DNA of 64,000 bases from Neoechinorhynchus agilis (lineage: Eukaryota; Animalia; Acanthocephala), in NCBI GenBank assembly GCA_051530055.1, contig CM121342.1:3347489-3411488 (forward strand). Direction: 5' to 3'. Of the stretch, positions 23,951-36,049 are shown one piece after another. How positions within the stretch are numbered: position 1 is the first letter of the stretch; each line of letters opens with the position of its first letter. The notes beneath the pieces are model-generated. The model ran no database searches. It was not told the origin of the DNA and saw only the letters and a program-made list of their open reading frames with translations. The position numbers and the translations under genes are program-made.

Positions 23951-26900
23951 TTCGAATGCAATAGTGTAATAACCTTCTATAGAAAGTGAGAACAAAAGGC
24001 GATGAAATATTGAAAGTGTAAGCGTTTTGGTAGACACGATAAACAGTATAAAGTTATTTGCCAGTCACTCATTGGCTCTTTTTCTTAATTAATTTAGCCC
24101 TAATGAAACACGTGATCTAAATTGACAAATAAAATAGTTAAGGCATTTTTAACTGATTTTGATTAGATCAGATCCTTTCAATGCCGTGCACAGGTATTTT
24201 AAAGTGTAACTTTGAATGACGCTAATTTCTCAGCAAATCTACCGTTGCGCAATGAAAATAAACGACTTTTGTTTTGGTGCAAATGAATTTGATGGTATTT
24301 TTACTACCATAATTAAAGCAATGGGGAAAAAAGTCAATGAAAGCACTTGAAGGTTTTGATCAATTCTTTGAAAATTAAGATAAATTTATTTTTCTAATTA
24401 GAAAAAATCAAGAATTTTTACTTCGTAAAAATGTTTTGATGTCTATTTTTCGCAAATTCAGTCATTTTAGATTTTGTGCCGATGGTTAGGATTTAAGAGA
24501 TTTCAAAAACATTTGCATAAAACGTGGAATAAAGTTTAATCGAAATTGATTTTCAAACGAAAATATTCTCTTGGAGCAAGATAGCTCCATAAACTTAAAT
24601 ACATGTTATTTGAAGTGTGCTACAAGCCATATTAAGTGTGATTTAATTGTCAAAAAACTATAACGACCCGTGGAGTAACTTTTAAACCAGTTATTTTTAA
24701 CAAAAATCTTTTTCGTATTCGTAGAATAAGGAACGTTTTCAACCCTTTGTGCGAAATTCTTTGTTCACAACAACATCTCCAAATATTTACCGTTCTCACT
24801 CACCTCTATTTAGTAATACCGATTCCTTTTTATCTCGGAAACCGCGAAAATGTTAACCCCTCGTTATTCCGAATTCGTTCGCCATGAAAGGTTTCTCTAT
24901 GATTTAGATAAGCACAATTTTTACCTCAATTTTTCATCAACCTCCGGGTTTTACCATCTTACGCTTTTTTGTAAAATTGCATTTCTGTAGCGTTCCACGA
25001 TGATGCCCTTAATAGGACGAATCTGTATCTAATTTATTGATTGTTCCCGGAGAAACATTTCCAATCGCTAATCGCCATGCCTTGATGATCCCTTTTTTGT
25101 AAAATAAGACTGGCTAAATAATTTTAAGTGTTGTTATTTTGTTCGTAAACACAACCCTTTAATGTATTCGATTGGACAATCTAAATTTTGAATCTCGTTC
25201 AACTCCCAAATGTGGAACTTATTCGAATAAAAATCGGAAATAATCGCTATCTAATTGTCTGAGGCAAGTCGCTCTTTATAAAGATGATAAATACGAGCGA
25301 CGGTCGCAGAGACCTAAAATGCAAGGCAGGCGAAATTTCTGAAGATATTTTCCAAAATATTCAATGAGAGAAATCTTTATAAAAAATGTTGACGAAATCA
25401 TTTTGTCTAAATAGAAGGCAAAATTATCTTTGCCTTTATTTTATTCGGCTAATTTTTATCTTCGGTGGAATCTTCACCTTTTTCGCCGGTTCTACCGTTT
25501 TATTATTTCTTTCTATATTGTGTTGCTCTCAGATGGTTTTATCGTCGCTAACGCATATTTGTTTAGGTAGTCGAACAAATACTCAATTCGAACATTCAAA
25601 AAAATAATTCTATTTGAGTAATGCGGGATCGATTGAACAGAAAAGTATTGTTAGAAGTTCACCGAAGCCTTATCTTCGGGTGCAAGGAAAAATTCTAAAG
25701 GACTCATTGAACCGATTAATTGTTGATAAAATCGATGTTCGATCGTTCGATGAAATGTTCGGCTTTGAGGTTTCTTAACGACTGTTATAAGAATAAAGTT
25801 CCCTCTCGCCTCTGCTTTTGTAGGAAACTCGCAATCGAGGACAAAGTGTTTCATTGATTGGATTTTCAATGTCGATTTTGATCTTTAACCCATCAATGAT
25901 ATTTTCTCCGTTCTAAAAGTCAACTACAATTATGCTCGTTAAAAGAAGCCTCAATCACTCATTAAACTTATTGAACGAGTTGAAAGGACGAGGATAAATG
26001 AAAAGTTGGCTACCGGTATCACCAAGACTTTAGCAGTTATGATGTCCTAAATAAATCATTGATATTTTCTCTAAAATAAAATGTAGATCCTAGAACGCGT
26101 TCGGGTCCAAAAATCATGAGAAACGTTAATGTCTAAAGGTTAAATAAAATGATTTCTTTAGTTTAAATATTTCTTCATAATAAAATTTATTGGTAGTTTT
26201 CAGCTTCCCAGATTTTTATATTTTTCTTAAAAAATTTATTTCTTTATTTTTATTTGTATCATATTTTTAAACGGAATTATTTTACAGAATAAATTGGTGG
26301 TATTTAGGGTTAAAAAGAAGGTCAATTTAAAATACATTACTCGAGTTTTGTTGATAATATTAGGAAAGCGAAAGGTTGAGACAATATGAAATTTGGTCGC
26401 TATAATATAATTGAAATTTCTGGGAATGCATTTCATCTGATTTTATAAAATACGCATAAAAGTTTCGCTCTTCCATGAATTCCAAACTTCATTCTATGAA
26501 TGAGATCATGAATTTAAATAAATCATTCCTTCAATTGGATTTGAACAAAGGTTTCTACGCTTTAGACGTAGTAATTTCATATAGATTTCAGTTCATTTTA
26601 AATTTCATCTTAATATGATTTATAAGATATCGAAAATTTGATTGAATTCCAATCTGTTTATTACGAAGTTAACGCCTCGTGAACAACTTTTTATTCTAAA
26701 TATGGAGTTCCACAGTAAAACAATCCTTTTACCTTCGCAGATGATATTTTTTTGATTTTGTGCGGTAAGATCTAGAGGAAGCAAAATGGACAACATTTTA
26801 GGATATTTCAATGGTTTGCTCCATGCTTTTAGGGAGGCGAATTTAATCATTAATCTTGATATAACTTTTATCATCCTCTAAACTAAATAATTCGCTCCAG

Positions 26901-27392
26901 GATCCTTCTAAATAAATGCAATTATTTCTATTAGAATTTTAAAATATTTTAACGTCAAAAGGCATTCAATAATTTTGGGCGTCGATTTCCCTTGAAGAAA
27001 ACAGGGATTCGGAACAACTTTTCTTTTAAGTGCACCTTTAGGAAAATCGAAAGTTTTATTAAACGCTCAAGACACTTGACGGAACCAAATGCGAATAATT
27101 GTGTCTCTTCGTACGCCCCCTTTCTACAAGCATTGCTAAAAAGCCAGGAAAGTTATTCCATAGCCTAAATATTGATTATAGCATTTGAAGCAACATTTAA
27201 ATTAGTTATTTTATAACAAAATTCTTGCCTATAACGTTTTTAGAATACTATAAGCAAACGATTCCAGTAATACGAAATGCAGATCGGTTAAAATGTGAAC
27301 CGATAGACTCCCTTGGTTCCGAATGTGATTTATTGAATATATTTATGAACTTATCAGAATTGAGCGAGATACGAATATAATGAATGCATCCA

Positions 27393-28790
27393 TTTTTACG
27401 CCGGAATTTAAAAGGATATCTCATGGAAAAATTCCCGCGCTGGAACCCTGCAAATTCAGGGAGGGTTAATATACTTATTAGTCGAAGTAAAAGACTGAAG
27501 TATTCGAGTTAAATTCGACACTCAATCTCACTCATTCTGCCTCGATCAACTTTCAACGAGACTTAGGTATAAACACATCTTTGTCAAATACTTTTTCAGT
27601 ATACCTGTCAACTCTGACAAGTTCAAAATAACGCATAGCAATTTCCTTGTTCTTAACAAATCCATCCGTATTTTCAACTGCATTGACGATACGCGTCCTT
27701 TTTTATAGTAAAAAGGTCACATATTGACATAGAAAAATTTCTTTCCATTAAGTCTATTGGCTTCAAGAAAATCTCTCCAGCGAATAGAAGTACGCGCAAT
27801 TTCCTCGGCCACTTCCGATGCATCCGTGATAACACAAAACCGCATAAACAACATAATGTTGTTTTGCTCTGGTTTACAAATACGACAGCGTATAAAATAT
27901 TTTCCTGGCATTAAAAAACCAGAAAGCGGATTATATCCTTCTAAATGTACGAACGGCAGGTTATTTCAAGAATTATTGACATGATCACTCGTTCTAAAAA
28001 TTTCTTCTCGAACATCCGACTGAATCCGCAATCAACATCGACGAACAAGCCTAACAGACTTAGCATTTTAACAATTTCGTAAATTTTTGCGCCATATACT
28101 TATCAAAAACAGACATTGCACACGACTTTACTAACATCATCACAACCGACATCCTTATAGCTTCTCTGCTGGCTCAGAGAGCATTCCATGACGTCATCAA
28201 CATTCACTTCGTTCCATAGCTCTGTACTATGCCGTGCCCTTCAAGGAGGATCAGCGAATTCGATCCCATCCTACATGTCAGGGTTTTTACCCCGTCTAAA
28301 ACATAGACTTTGCATACGTCATAAGACTAAGAATTTTCACAATTTCGGATATTTTTCGCCGTTCACTTGTAGAAACCCGACATTTTCCCGACTTTCTTAA
28401 CATCATCACAACCAACATCCTTATAGCTTTTCTGCTTGCTCAGAGAGCATTCCATGACGTCATCGACATTCACTTCGTTCCATAGCTCTGTACTATGCCT
28501 TGCCCTTCTTGGAGGCTCTGCCATTTCGGGCCCCTCATGTAAAACAGGGTTTTTTACCCTGTCCAACACTTAACTTTGCTTACGTCATAAGAGTAAGAAT
28601 TTTCACAATTTCGGATATTTTTCGCCGTTCACTTGTAGAATGTCGATATTTTCCCGCAACACTGCAAGCATTCAGGCGACAATTGAGGACGAGGACGGCG
28701 AATAATTATGTTTATATCTTCCAAACAATAAATTGATGAAACTCAAAAAAAATCGCAATTTAGATTCAATTGAAACGCCAAGGATTGAAG
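27393..28790 (-). repeat. modules M+N copy 3, with an internal ~266-bp tandem duplication (28133-28665)
   Basis: AACATCATCACAACC at 28133 and 28399. Matches 9018-10030 and 21042-21650. Confidence 0.85.
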
Positions 28791-28829
28791 TCGGATCAGC
28801 CGGCAACTTTTAGGGTTGATATCGGTGGG

Positions 28830-29331
28830 CTAGAAATTTGCTAGTTTTCGCTTAATAGTCCACAAATTATATGCCGAGAAAAGTTTACGCTTTAAATCAG
28901 TGTTTATCGTTTTCTTTTGATGATATTCGATAATCGTTGATATAGAAGACGGTGTTCAATTGATTCATTTAGTCAAAGATGAGCTTATTAATGGATTTAC
29001 GGGAAAATCGATATTTACAAACTTTCATCGAAAAGTAGGCAATTTTTGTTTAACCGCAAATTAATTCGCCTTCGTTTTAAGGAAAGGTCTTAAATTGTCG
29101 GCTGAATCAATGAGATGCAGATTTCTGAAGGTGATTCTCCATCGCATTCACAGATACCAAATATTCGTCAAAGGTTTTCTCTTCCTTTTGAAAAAACGTT
29201 GACTAGCAAATCAATCGATATTGTCGATTATTGTAAATCACGCAGCTTTCAAGATGTCAATTCTGAAAGGATTTCATGTTTGCGAATCCGATGTAAAAGA
29301 CCAAGTGGAAATCGAAGAGTTTATGGATTTT
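28830..29331 (+). repeat. module U copy 3 (3' part), same U|CRE-B junction as copy 1
   Basis: TTTATGGATTTTACTAAAAATC junction identical to 4825-4845. Confidence 0.85.
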
Positions 29332-31831
29332 ACTAAAAATCGATCAGTTTCTTCCACCGCCGTCCCCACCATCTCTGCAAATCACGACTCGCCGCATGTC
29401 GCACCGCCCACGCCCGACGCTGCTGACGCACGCGGATCACAGGAGGATCGACGCTGCAAATTCACAAAATCAACTTTGGTCCGAATAACCTGTAGAGAAC
29501 AAGCGGCAGTCGGAAATTTCACTTGCTCTGGGCGCTGAGGCCAATGCTGCCCGAGATCCGAAGGTCTCGGCATATAATTGCCCGATCTGTGACAAGCAGA
29601 TCAAAATTACCAAATTGGGAGAATTTTGGACTCACGGCCCAAGGGATTCCCGACGTGTTAGTTCCGGCCTTCTGCTAGCAAACTCTGTTCCTCAGCTCAC
29701 TGAACCTCGTCAGAACATCAACCCTTCGTTGCTGGAGATCGTGCGCTGCCCAGAAACATCCTGAAAGGGATCCCGAAGGGCGCTCGATTTCAGGTAGCGA
29801 AGAGGTATTCAGCTGAGCGAATGTCTCGAGACAAATATCGAAATATCTTGGACAAGCCTTTTCGCGTTCCCGAGACTGGTGCTCTGGAGTACCACCTGAC
29901 GTGTCCCTTGTTACCCTCATCCAAAACCGGGTGTCCTCCTTCGATAATTCGTTTGTAGAGGTCCTACGCAAAGCTCAGGTTTTTAGGGGAGATTTTTCAA
30001 AGCCACCGAATCCGAGCCGAGTTTCAACCCGTTCAATGACCCAGAGACTGTCTTCTAAACTCGCCGATGGTGAAGTTCGATTCGTATTCTATCATCCACC
30101 AACGAATTCGCAAGAGATGATACGAAAACTCACGAACTTCTCAGAGATAAACATCCTCGGTCCGCTGGTCATCTGGGATATTCGGAGATGATCCCCTCGT
30201 GCACCCCGTTAGAATTTTCGGTTGATGTTGTTAAGAAAGCCGTTCCTTCGTTCTCAAATGAGTCAACCGATGGGCTCGACCGGCTTCGGCTCAGCACCTA
30301 AAGGACATGATGTCCTTCTCCGTAGATGATCCATCCCATGTTCTCCTGAACGCCTTAACTCGGTTAGTCGGCGTATTCTCTGGAGACAACCTGTCCCCCA
30401 AAGTGATCGAATTGTTTTCATGTGCTTCCTTCCGCGCTTTAGAAAAGAAGGACGGTGGGATTCGCCCAATCGCGATTGGCTCTACATTGAGACAACTAGC
30501 AGGGAAAGTTATTTCTGGGCGAGTATCAGAAGGTCTTGCTGAAATTCTTTGTCCAGTTCAACTAGGCTGCATCACACCTTGTGGGCGCGGAAGCCATAGT
30601 CCACGCAACTCCGTACATTTGTTATTGGGAACGTCAAACCGTGTTTGATCCACGCCTTCAATTCCGTTAATCGCAACTCGCTCTTAAAAGCTGTCAGAGA
30701 TCACGCACCGAAGGCTTACGGGTATTTTAAAAATTCGTACTGAGCTGCGACCCCTCTTGTATTCAACGATCACATTATTCCTTCCGAAAGAGGCGTTCAA
30801 CCAGGAGACCCATTGGTTGCGCGCTCACAGCGAACGAATTAGCGCATTCTCTTGATGCCGAATTCAATGCCACCTGGACGATGCTACGCTGGGAGGCGAT
30901 CCCCAGGTAGTTGTCCGTGACCTGGAGAAAATCAAGATGGGGGCTAGCAAACTGGGCATTGAATTGAACACAGAAAAGTTCGAAATTCTATTCCGTAATA
31001 TAGAGAGCGGCCCTGCAAAAGACGTAATAAAGTGTGACATTGAAAATGTTGCACCCGGGATAGAAATAATCGACCTTGACCGGCTTAAGCTTTAGGGCAG
31101 TTGCGTCTTTGATAGGAATGCAGAAAACTAAATTAACAACCTTCTAAAGAAGTTATCGGTGCCTTGCGATAGGGTCTGTGAGCTTGGATCACACGAGGCT
31201 CTGTTCTTGATAAAGTACACCCTCTTCATCCCCAAGTTCCTTTATGTTCTACGCACTGCCCCGTTTTTCAAGCACGAGGTTCAGCGTGGCAAGCTAGATG
31301 ACAGATTGAAGGACTGTCTCGAGCAAGTTTTAAATGTCCAGCTGTCAGAAGAGGCATGGCGACAAACATCCTTGCCTGTATCTTCTGGCGGGTTGGGTAT
31401 CCGGAAAACAGCAGACATATTTCTGCCCGCATTTTCAGGCTCCTATGAGGGAAGCGCAGTTCAGCGCATTTTGAAATTTACTTATCATTTTGATAGGCAT
31501 TTTGAAGAGGGAATCAGTGAGCGGTGTAAACTGACCAACTCCGGTCAAGTAGCTGTGAATGGCCAAAAACAATCTGTGAGGGTTCGACCTCTCGACGCAA
31601 GTGTTCAAGGCTCTCTCTCTTATCAGACTCAAGCGACGACGTTGCCCGTGCCAGGTTGTCACCAGTCTCCAGTAGAGAATCAGGTGCTTGGTTGAACGCG
31701 GTCCCGTTGCCATTTGTGGGTATTCTCCTCTTCGACCAGGCAGTACGGGTCGGAGTTTCAATGAGACTGGGACTACCGATGTGTCATCCCCACCGATGCC
31801 GCTGCGGTACAAATGTGGATTCGTCGAGGAC
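29332..31831 (+). mobile_element. CRE-B copy 2 (uninterrupted, decayed, truncated at the Zn finger)
   Basis: FRALEKKDGGIRPIAIGSTLRQLAGK; PVQLG; GV.QGDP; WRQTSLPVSSGGLG; CHPHRCRCG. Confidence 0.88.
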
Positions 31832-32120
31832 TACAGAAGTATATCCTTGATGTGCAACACGGCAAAACTTTTCAGCAGCATTTTGAGACGCCGAATTCAG
31901 CAAATCCTCGAGCCGTTTCTAAGAATTGACCAGAACGGCTTCAGGAAAGGTCGAGGCACCACAGAGCACATATTGGCTTTGAGGATGATCCTCGAGGAGG
32001 CACGAATTCATCAAACGGATGTGACGCTCGTATTTGTTGATTTCCGTCGAGCTTTCGATTCGCTAAATCGAACGACGATTGACGGTATCTTAAAGGAGTA
32101 TGGAGTGCCGCGGATCATGC
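31826..32120 (+). mobile_element. RTE-like family 2 RT fragment
   Basis: DYRSISLMCNTAK..QNGFRKGRGTTEHI..FVDFRRAFDS. Near-identical to 55313-55610 and 60473-60770. Confidence 0.88.
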
Positions 32121-32820
32121 ACTAAATTGTAAAGACCTTTGGAATTTGTTGAAGAAACAAAGTCAAATGAAACGTTAATGTAATCGTTCCGGCGAAAAGT
32201 TAAAGCTATAAAACCTTTTGCATAAATGCAAAAATTGGTTTTTGGAAATATGAATTCATTTCCTTCAAGATGTCGATGCTTCGCGGTCACATTGACATCT
32301 TCAATGTCCATTTTCATTCCGAATTGTGGAATTGAGAAAAACAAAGATCTTCATCGATGGATGCAAAAAATTTTCTTTTATTTTTTCGGTGCCCTCTGAA
32401 GCGTCCGAGCGGACACTGTACTCGTCATTGGGCATTGGCCTGAGGCCGCAACTTACTGTAAATTGTTTCGAGATAGAAGTGAAAGTTAGAAAGCTGTTTT
32501 TCGCAGTGAGAGTTCGTTAGCGAAAATCGATGCTCTTTTGATGTTCTTTGAAAAGTGAGCCTTGCCTTAACTCACGGAGAAAAACTTCTTGCGCTCTTCG
32601 CTATCAATGATTTCGTCAATAAACACCTTACCTTGAAAGTTGCGGCGAATCCAACAGAGCTTAAAAACTAAAATTATGCTTAATTTTTCCGTCGAATACA
32701 AGGCTCTATGAATCTTGCTAAAAAAAGTGAGTGAAATGTAAAAATAGTTAAAATAAATCGTGCATTTATATAACTTCATTAAGGTTGAGTCAAGAGTTTC
32801 CATCGCAAACTCTACTTATT
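32119..32820 (-). repeat. module K copy 2
   Basis: Matches 16558-17270. Confidence 0.85.
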
Positions 32821-33448
32821 GTACAACAACATTTTTTTGAACTTTTCTCTCACTTGAGAGATCGTTCTTTCCATCATTGTCGTTTTTCGTTTTTGTTCTC
32901 CTTTCCCAGCGTCTTGAAATCTCCGCTCACACTGTCCTCCCACCTCTTCTTGGGCCTCCCTCTTCTCGTTTTCCCCTCGAGTTCGATTCTCCATGCGCTC
33001 TTCACCCAACTCTTTGTCCGATCTCTGGTTCGAGCTCGCTGCCCAAATATTTGAAGGTGTTCATCTTTTTGATGTGAGTTCCTTGCATATCGAGGTTACC
33101 CGGCCCCATTTATTTCGTTTTGCGCCTGCTCACTCTCAACTCTTTGCTCTCCAATCGTTGTCGCCAACTCCTCGGCAAACTCTTGAGCGTGTCCACGTCC
33201 CTAGCTGTAAGCACCAAATCGTCCGCGAATAGTATCGTCCATGGCGGGTTCATTTCTCTTTCCGCATTTCCCAGGACGTCCATCACGATCGTGAACAAGA
33301 ATGGGCTCAGGGCCGAACCCTGTTGCAGACCCACGGAGACTCGGAAATAGTCGATGGTTCCGCTGTGGCATCGCATGCAGGTGTAGCATTCTCGATAAAT
33401 CGCTCGGATCGCGGCGACATAATGTTCGGGACAATTCCTTTTTCTGAG
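32820..33448 (-). mobile_element. RTE family 1 fragment with internal deletions
   Basis: VSVGLQQGSALSPFLFTIVMD; LFADDLVL. Deletions at about 33007 and 33037 relative to 17266-18078. Confidence 0.88.
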
Positions 33449-33604
33449 GCAAAGTTCAGCTCATAATGGCTGTAAAGGATCAAAGATGCTAAATGTGACC
33501 GGATATGCTCCAAGACCAAGAAAATTCGGCATCTACTATACACAGTCTCCAATTAGCAGCATTATACCCACTGGAACCAAATGCAACTCAAGTCATCACT
33601 CGCA

Positions 33605-33850
33605 CCTACGCCTATGCTTTTTCGAGGCAATAAAAAAAGTTAACGATATTTTACAGGTCATTTCAGGTCAATGGTCTTTCATAGAAAATAACTTAAAGAC
33701 CGCTTTTTCAGACACATCAGAATATTTCATAACCGAACACCAACGCTTGAAAGGGTTTTTTCTACAGTCGATCGACAGCATTTTATTAAAAATCAATAGA
33801 GACTTCTTGTTCGAAGAATGAAGATCGAAATAATCAAGATTCCATTGATC
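33605..33850 (+). repeat. module Y copy 1 (unknown; plus-strand frame EAIKKVNDILQVISGQWSFIENNLK)
   Basis: Matches 47693-47965 and 62577-62850. Confidence 0.75.
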
Positions 33851-33924
33851 CGTGGCCTCAAGCATTGATGTGAATTATAGAGATTTGAGAAAGTTGGATG
33901 AGAATGTTTTAGATGCAGCGGACA

Positions 33925-34520
33925 GGCGACTTTCGGATTGAGACCTACAGATCTCTTGGTAGCAAGGCTCTTCAACTCCTGAGGGATGTGAAGCGACGCC
34001 TTCAGCCGAGTGTAGACCTAAACAATAATTCCTGGTGCTTTATTCTTTGGACGTAAATATCGGCAGCTAAGCAAAGTTCGACATTTTGTGTTTTATGGAC
34101 TTTGGTTACCGCAGTAATCAAAAGCGCAATGATCTTCATTCGCAAAAATGATCTAAAATTATAACTGATTTTTTTGAACAATATAAACAAACTTATAATT
34201 TCCGATTTACTATCGTCGCGGAAAAAAGAATTAAATACTACAAAATATCATTTTATTTTGTCCAAGTTTGCATAAAAAATCATTTCGAAATTAAATAATT
34301 GAAAAACTGCGTTTAATTTCCTCTTGATAAAGACGACCAATTCAAATTGAGTAAAGCGACAATTCATTATATCCAAGTAATGAATTTCATCTTATGAACA
34401 CAGAGTATTAAACCACGAAATAGCCCGGGTTCATGTGTTTGTGCCTTTTGGGTTGAGACCTACGGATCTCTTGGTAGCGAGGCTCTTCAACTTCTGAGGC
34501 ATCTGAAGCGACGCTTTCAG
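33925..34520 (+). mobile_element. two short CRE REL-domain scraps (about 33925-34005 and 34435-34520) separated by unrelated DNA
   Basis: Both translate with one indel to (V)PFG(V)ETY(G/R)SLGS(E/K)ALQLLR.(L/V)KRR, matching the FVPFGVETYGALG segment of CRE-C. Confidence 0.6.
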
Positions 34521-34532
34521 GTTGTTAAGAGG

Positions 34533-35450
34533 CAACACTGCAAGCATTCAGGCGACAATTGAGGACGAGGACGGCGAATAATTATGTTTATATCTTCAAA
34601 CAATAAATTGATGAAACTTTCAAAAAAATTCGCAATTCAGATCCAATTGAAACGCCAAGGATATGCCAATCATATACTACAAACTTTATTGATCAAGATG
34701 AATTCCTTTCAGTTTACAAAGATTTCTAAGAACAAAGAAACGGAACGAAGTACCTATGGGTCCTCTTAAACACCTGAGTCATGATAAAATAAATGAATTC
34801 GGTTTATTGATTTCGGAGTTGATTATGAGTTTGGTCGGGTTGAAAAAGTTGGTGATTATCGTTTGTAGGAGAATTTGTAAGGTAGAGTCTTTCCTTCGGT
34901 TCATTTCGATATCCGTGAGATTTGGCAGTATGGAAAATGGAGTGGAGGAAGAGGGATCTGCGAGGTTGAGGGAGGATGAAAAGAATTGCAATTTCGAGGG
35001 TTTTGCCCGTTAGGGGAATAAAATGAGGTAAAAATTATAGTGTTTAAATTTATTAGCGTTTATATTGTCTGTTAAAAATCTTACAAGGGTATTATTCGGT
35101 GAACGCAAGCGAACTTGAATTTAGCAAAAATCATTTGTAAACAAGCATCGTCGTGTCCTTATTTATTGGCAATACTTAAAGTAAGGTCAAGTAATTTAAA
35201 AATTAAATTTTATTAGAACCGTTAGAAAATCTTGTGTCCCCTTATCACAAATATTGCAATTGTTTTATTTTTTGAAGTCGGGTCAGCCGGTAACTTTTAT
35301 TCAGTATCTATGTGTGGCCTTTTTACGGTTGATATCGGTGGGCTGTGTGCCAGAGGAAAATTATCTGCCATGAAAAAGGCTACACATAGATATTTAATTT
35401 TATATTTGAGCACTGATTTTGATCACGACTCTTTAAAAAGAAACTCAAAT
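34533..35450. repeat. module N tail followed by a non-coding block repeated at 62890-63530
   Basis: 34533-34720 matches 9902-10095. 34735-35450 matches 62890-63530. A deleted 40-bp piece of it occurs at 28790-28830. Confidence 0.8.
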
Positions 35451-36049
35451 CCACAGATGACTTTATTTACTTTTAAAAATATTTTCAATTTTCTATGGTC
35501 TTTATCATAAGCACTTGCCTTGAATGACTACACTCGAAAAGATCAATAGATCGTTGTTTTACAATCTCGTTTCACTTTACTCGATTAGAAAATAGTTTTA
35601 CGTGGCCAAGTTTAATTCGACAAAATAGAATTTCCCAATCTGATGCTTGATTTGAAGAATACTTCATGTTTACTTCTATCGAATCGTTCACGAAGTTTAC
35701 TGAACTGCAAAGTTGTACCATAAGTCAGTCAATCGCTTTGGCTTGATTCGGAAAGGATTTCCGATAAGTAAATTTGGAATATCAAGCATTTGCACACTCG
35801 TAAATATTTATAAATCGTATCAAAGAGTCGTTTTAGAGATTCGTTGCAACTTTTTCGTTTCTTTAATCAGATGTCGCTGTCCTGAGCAATAACGAGGAAC
35901 TACCGTTCATCAAAACCGTTTCGGTATAATTAAGAAGGAATCGAAATTTCAGCTCCGACGTTGAACCGAATTAAGATTCTTTATAAAAACTCAGTCTACT
36001 CGGCTTTCAAGCACAATAGAATTGAACTCACTTCAGGTCAATCGTTGAA

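Noticed and set aside
24560-27100. Decayed LRR-like gene on the minus strand
   Set aside because: Only scattered short frames with weak LRR flavour; no consistent reading.
2279-34032. 19-bp exact inverted match (2279-2297 vs 34014-34032)
   Set aside because: Does not extend; borderline for chance in AT-rich 64 kb.
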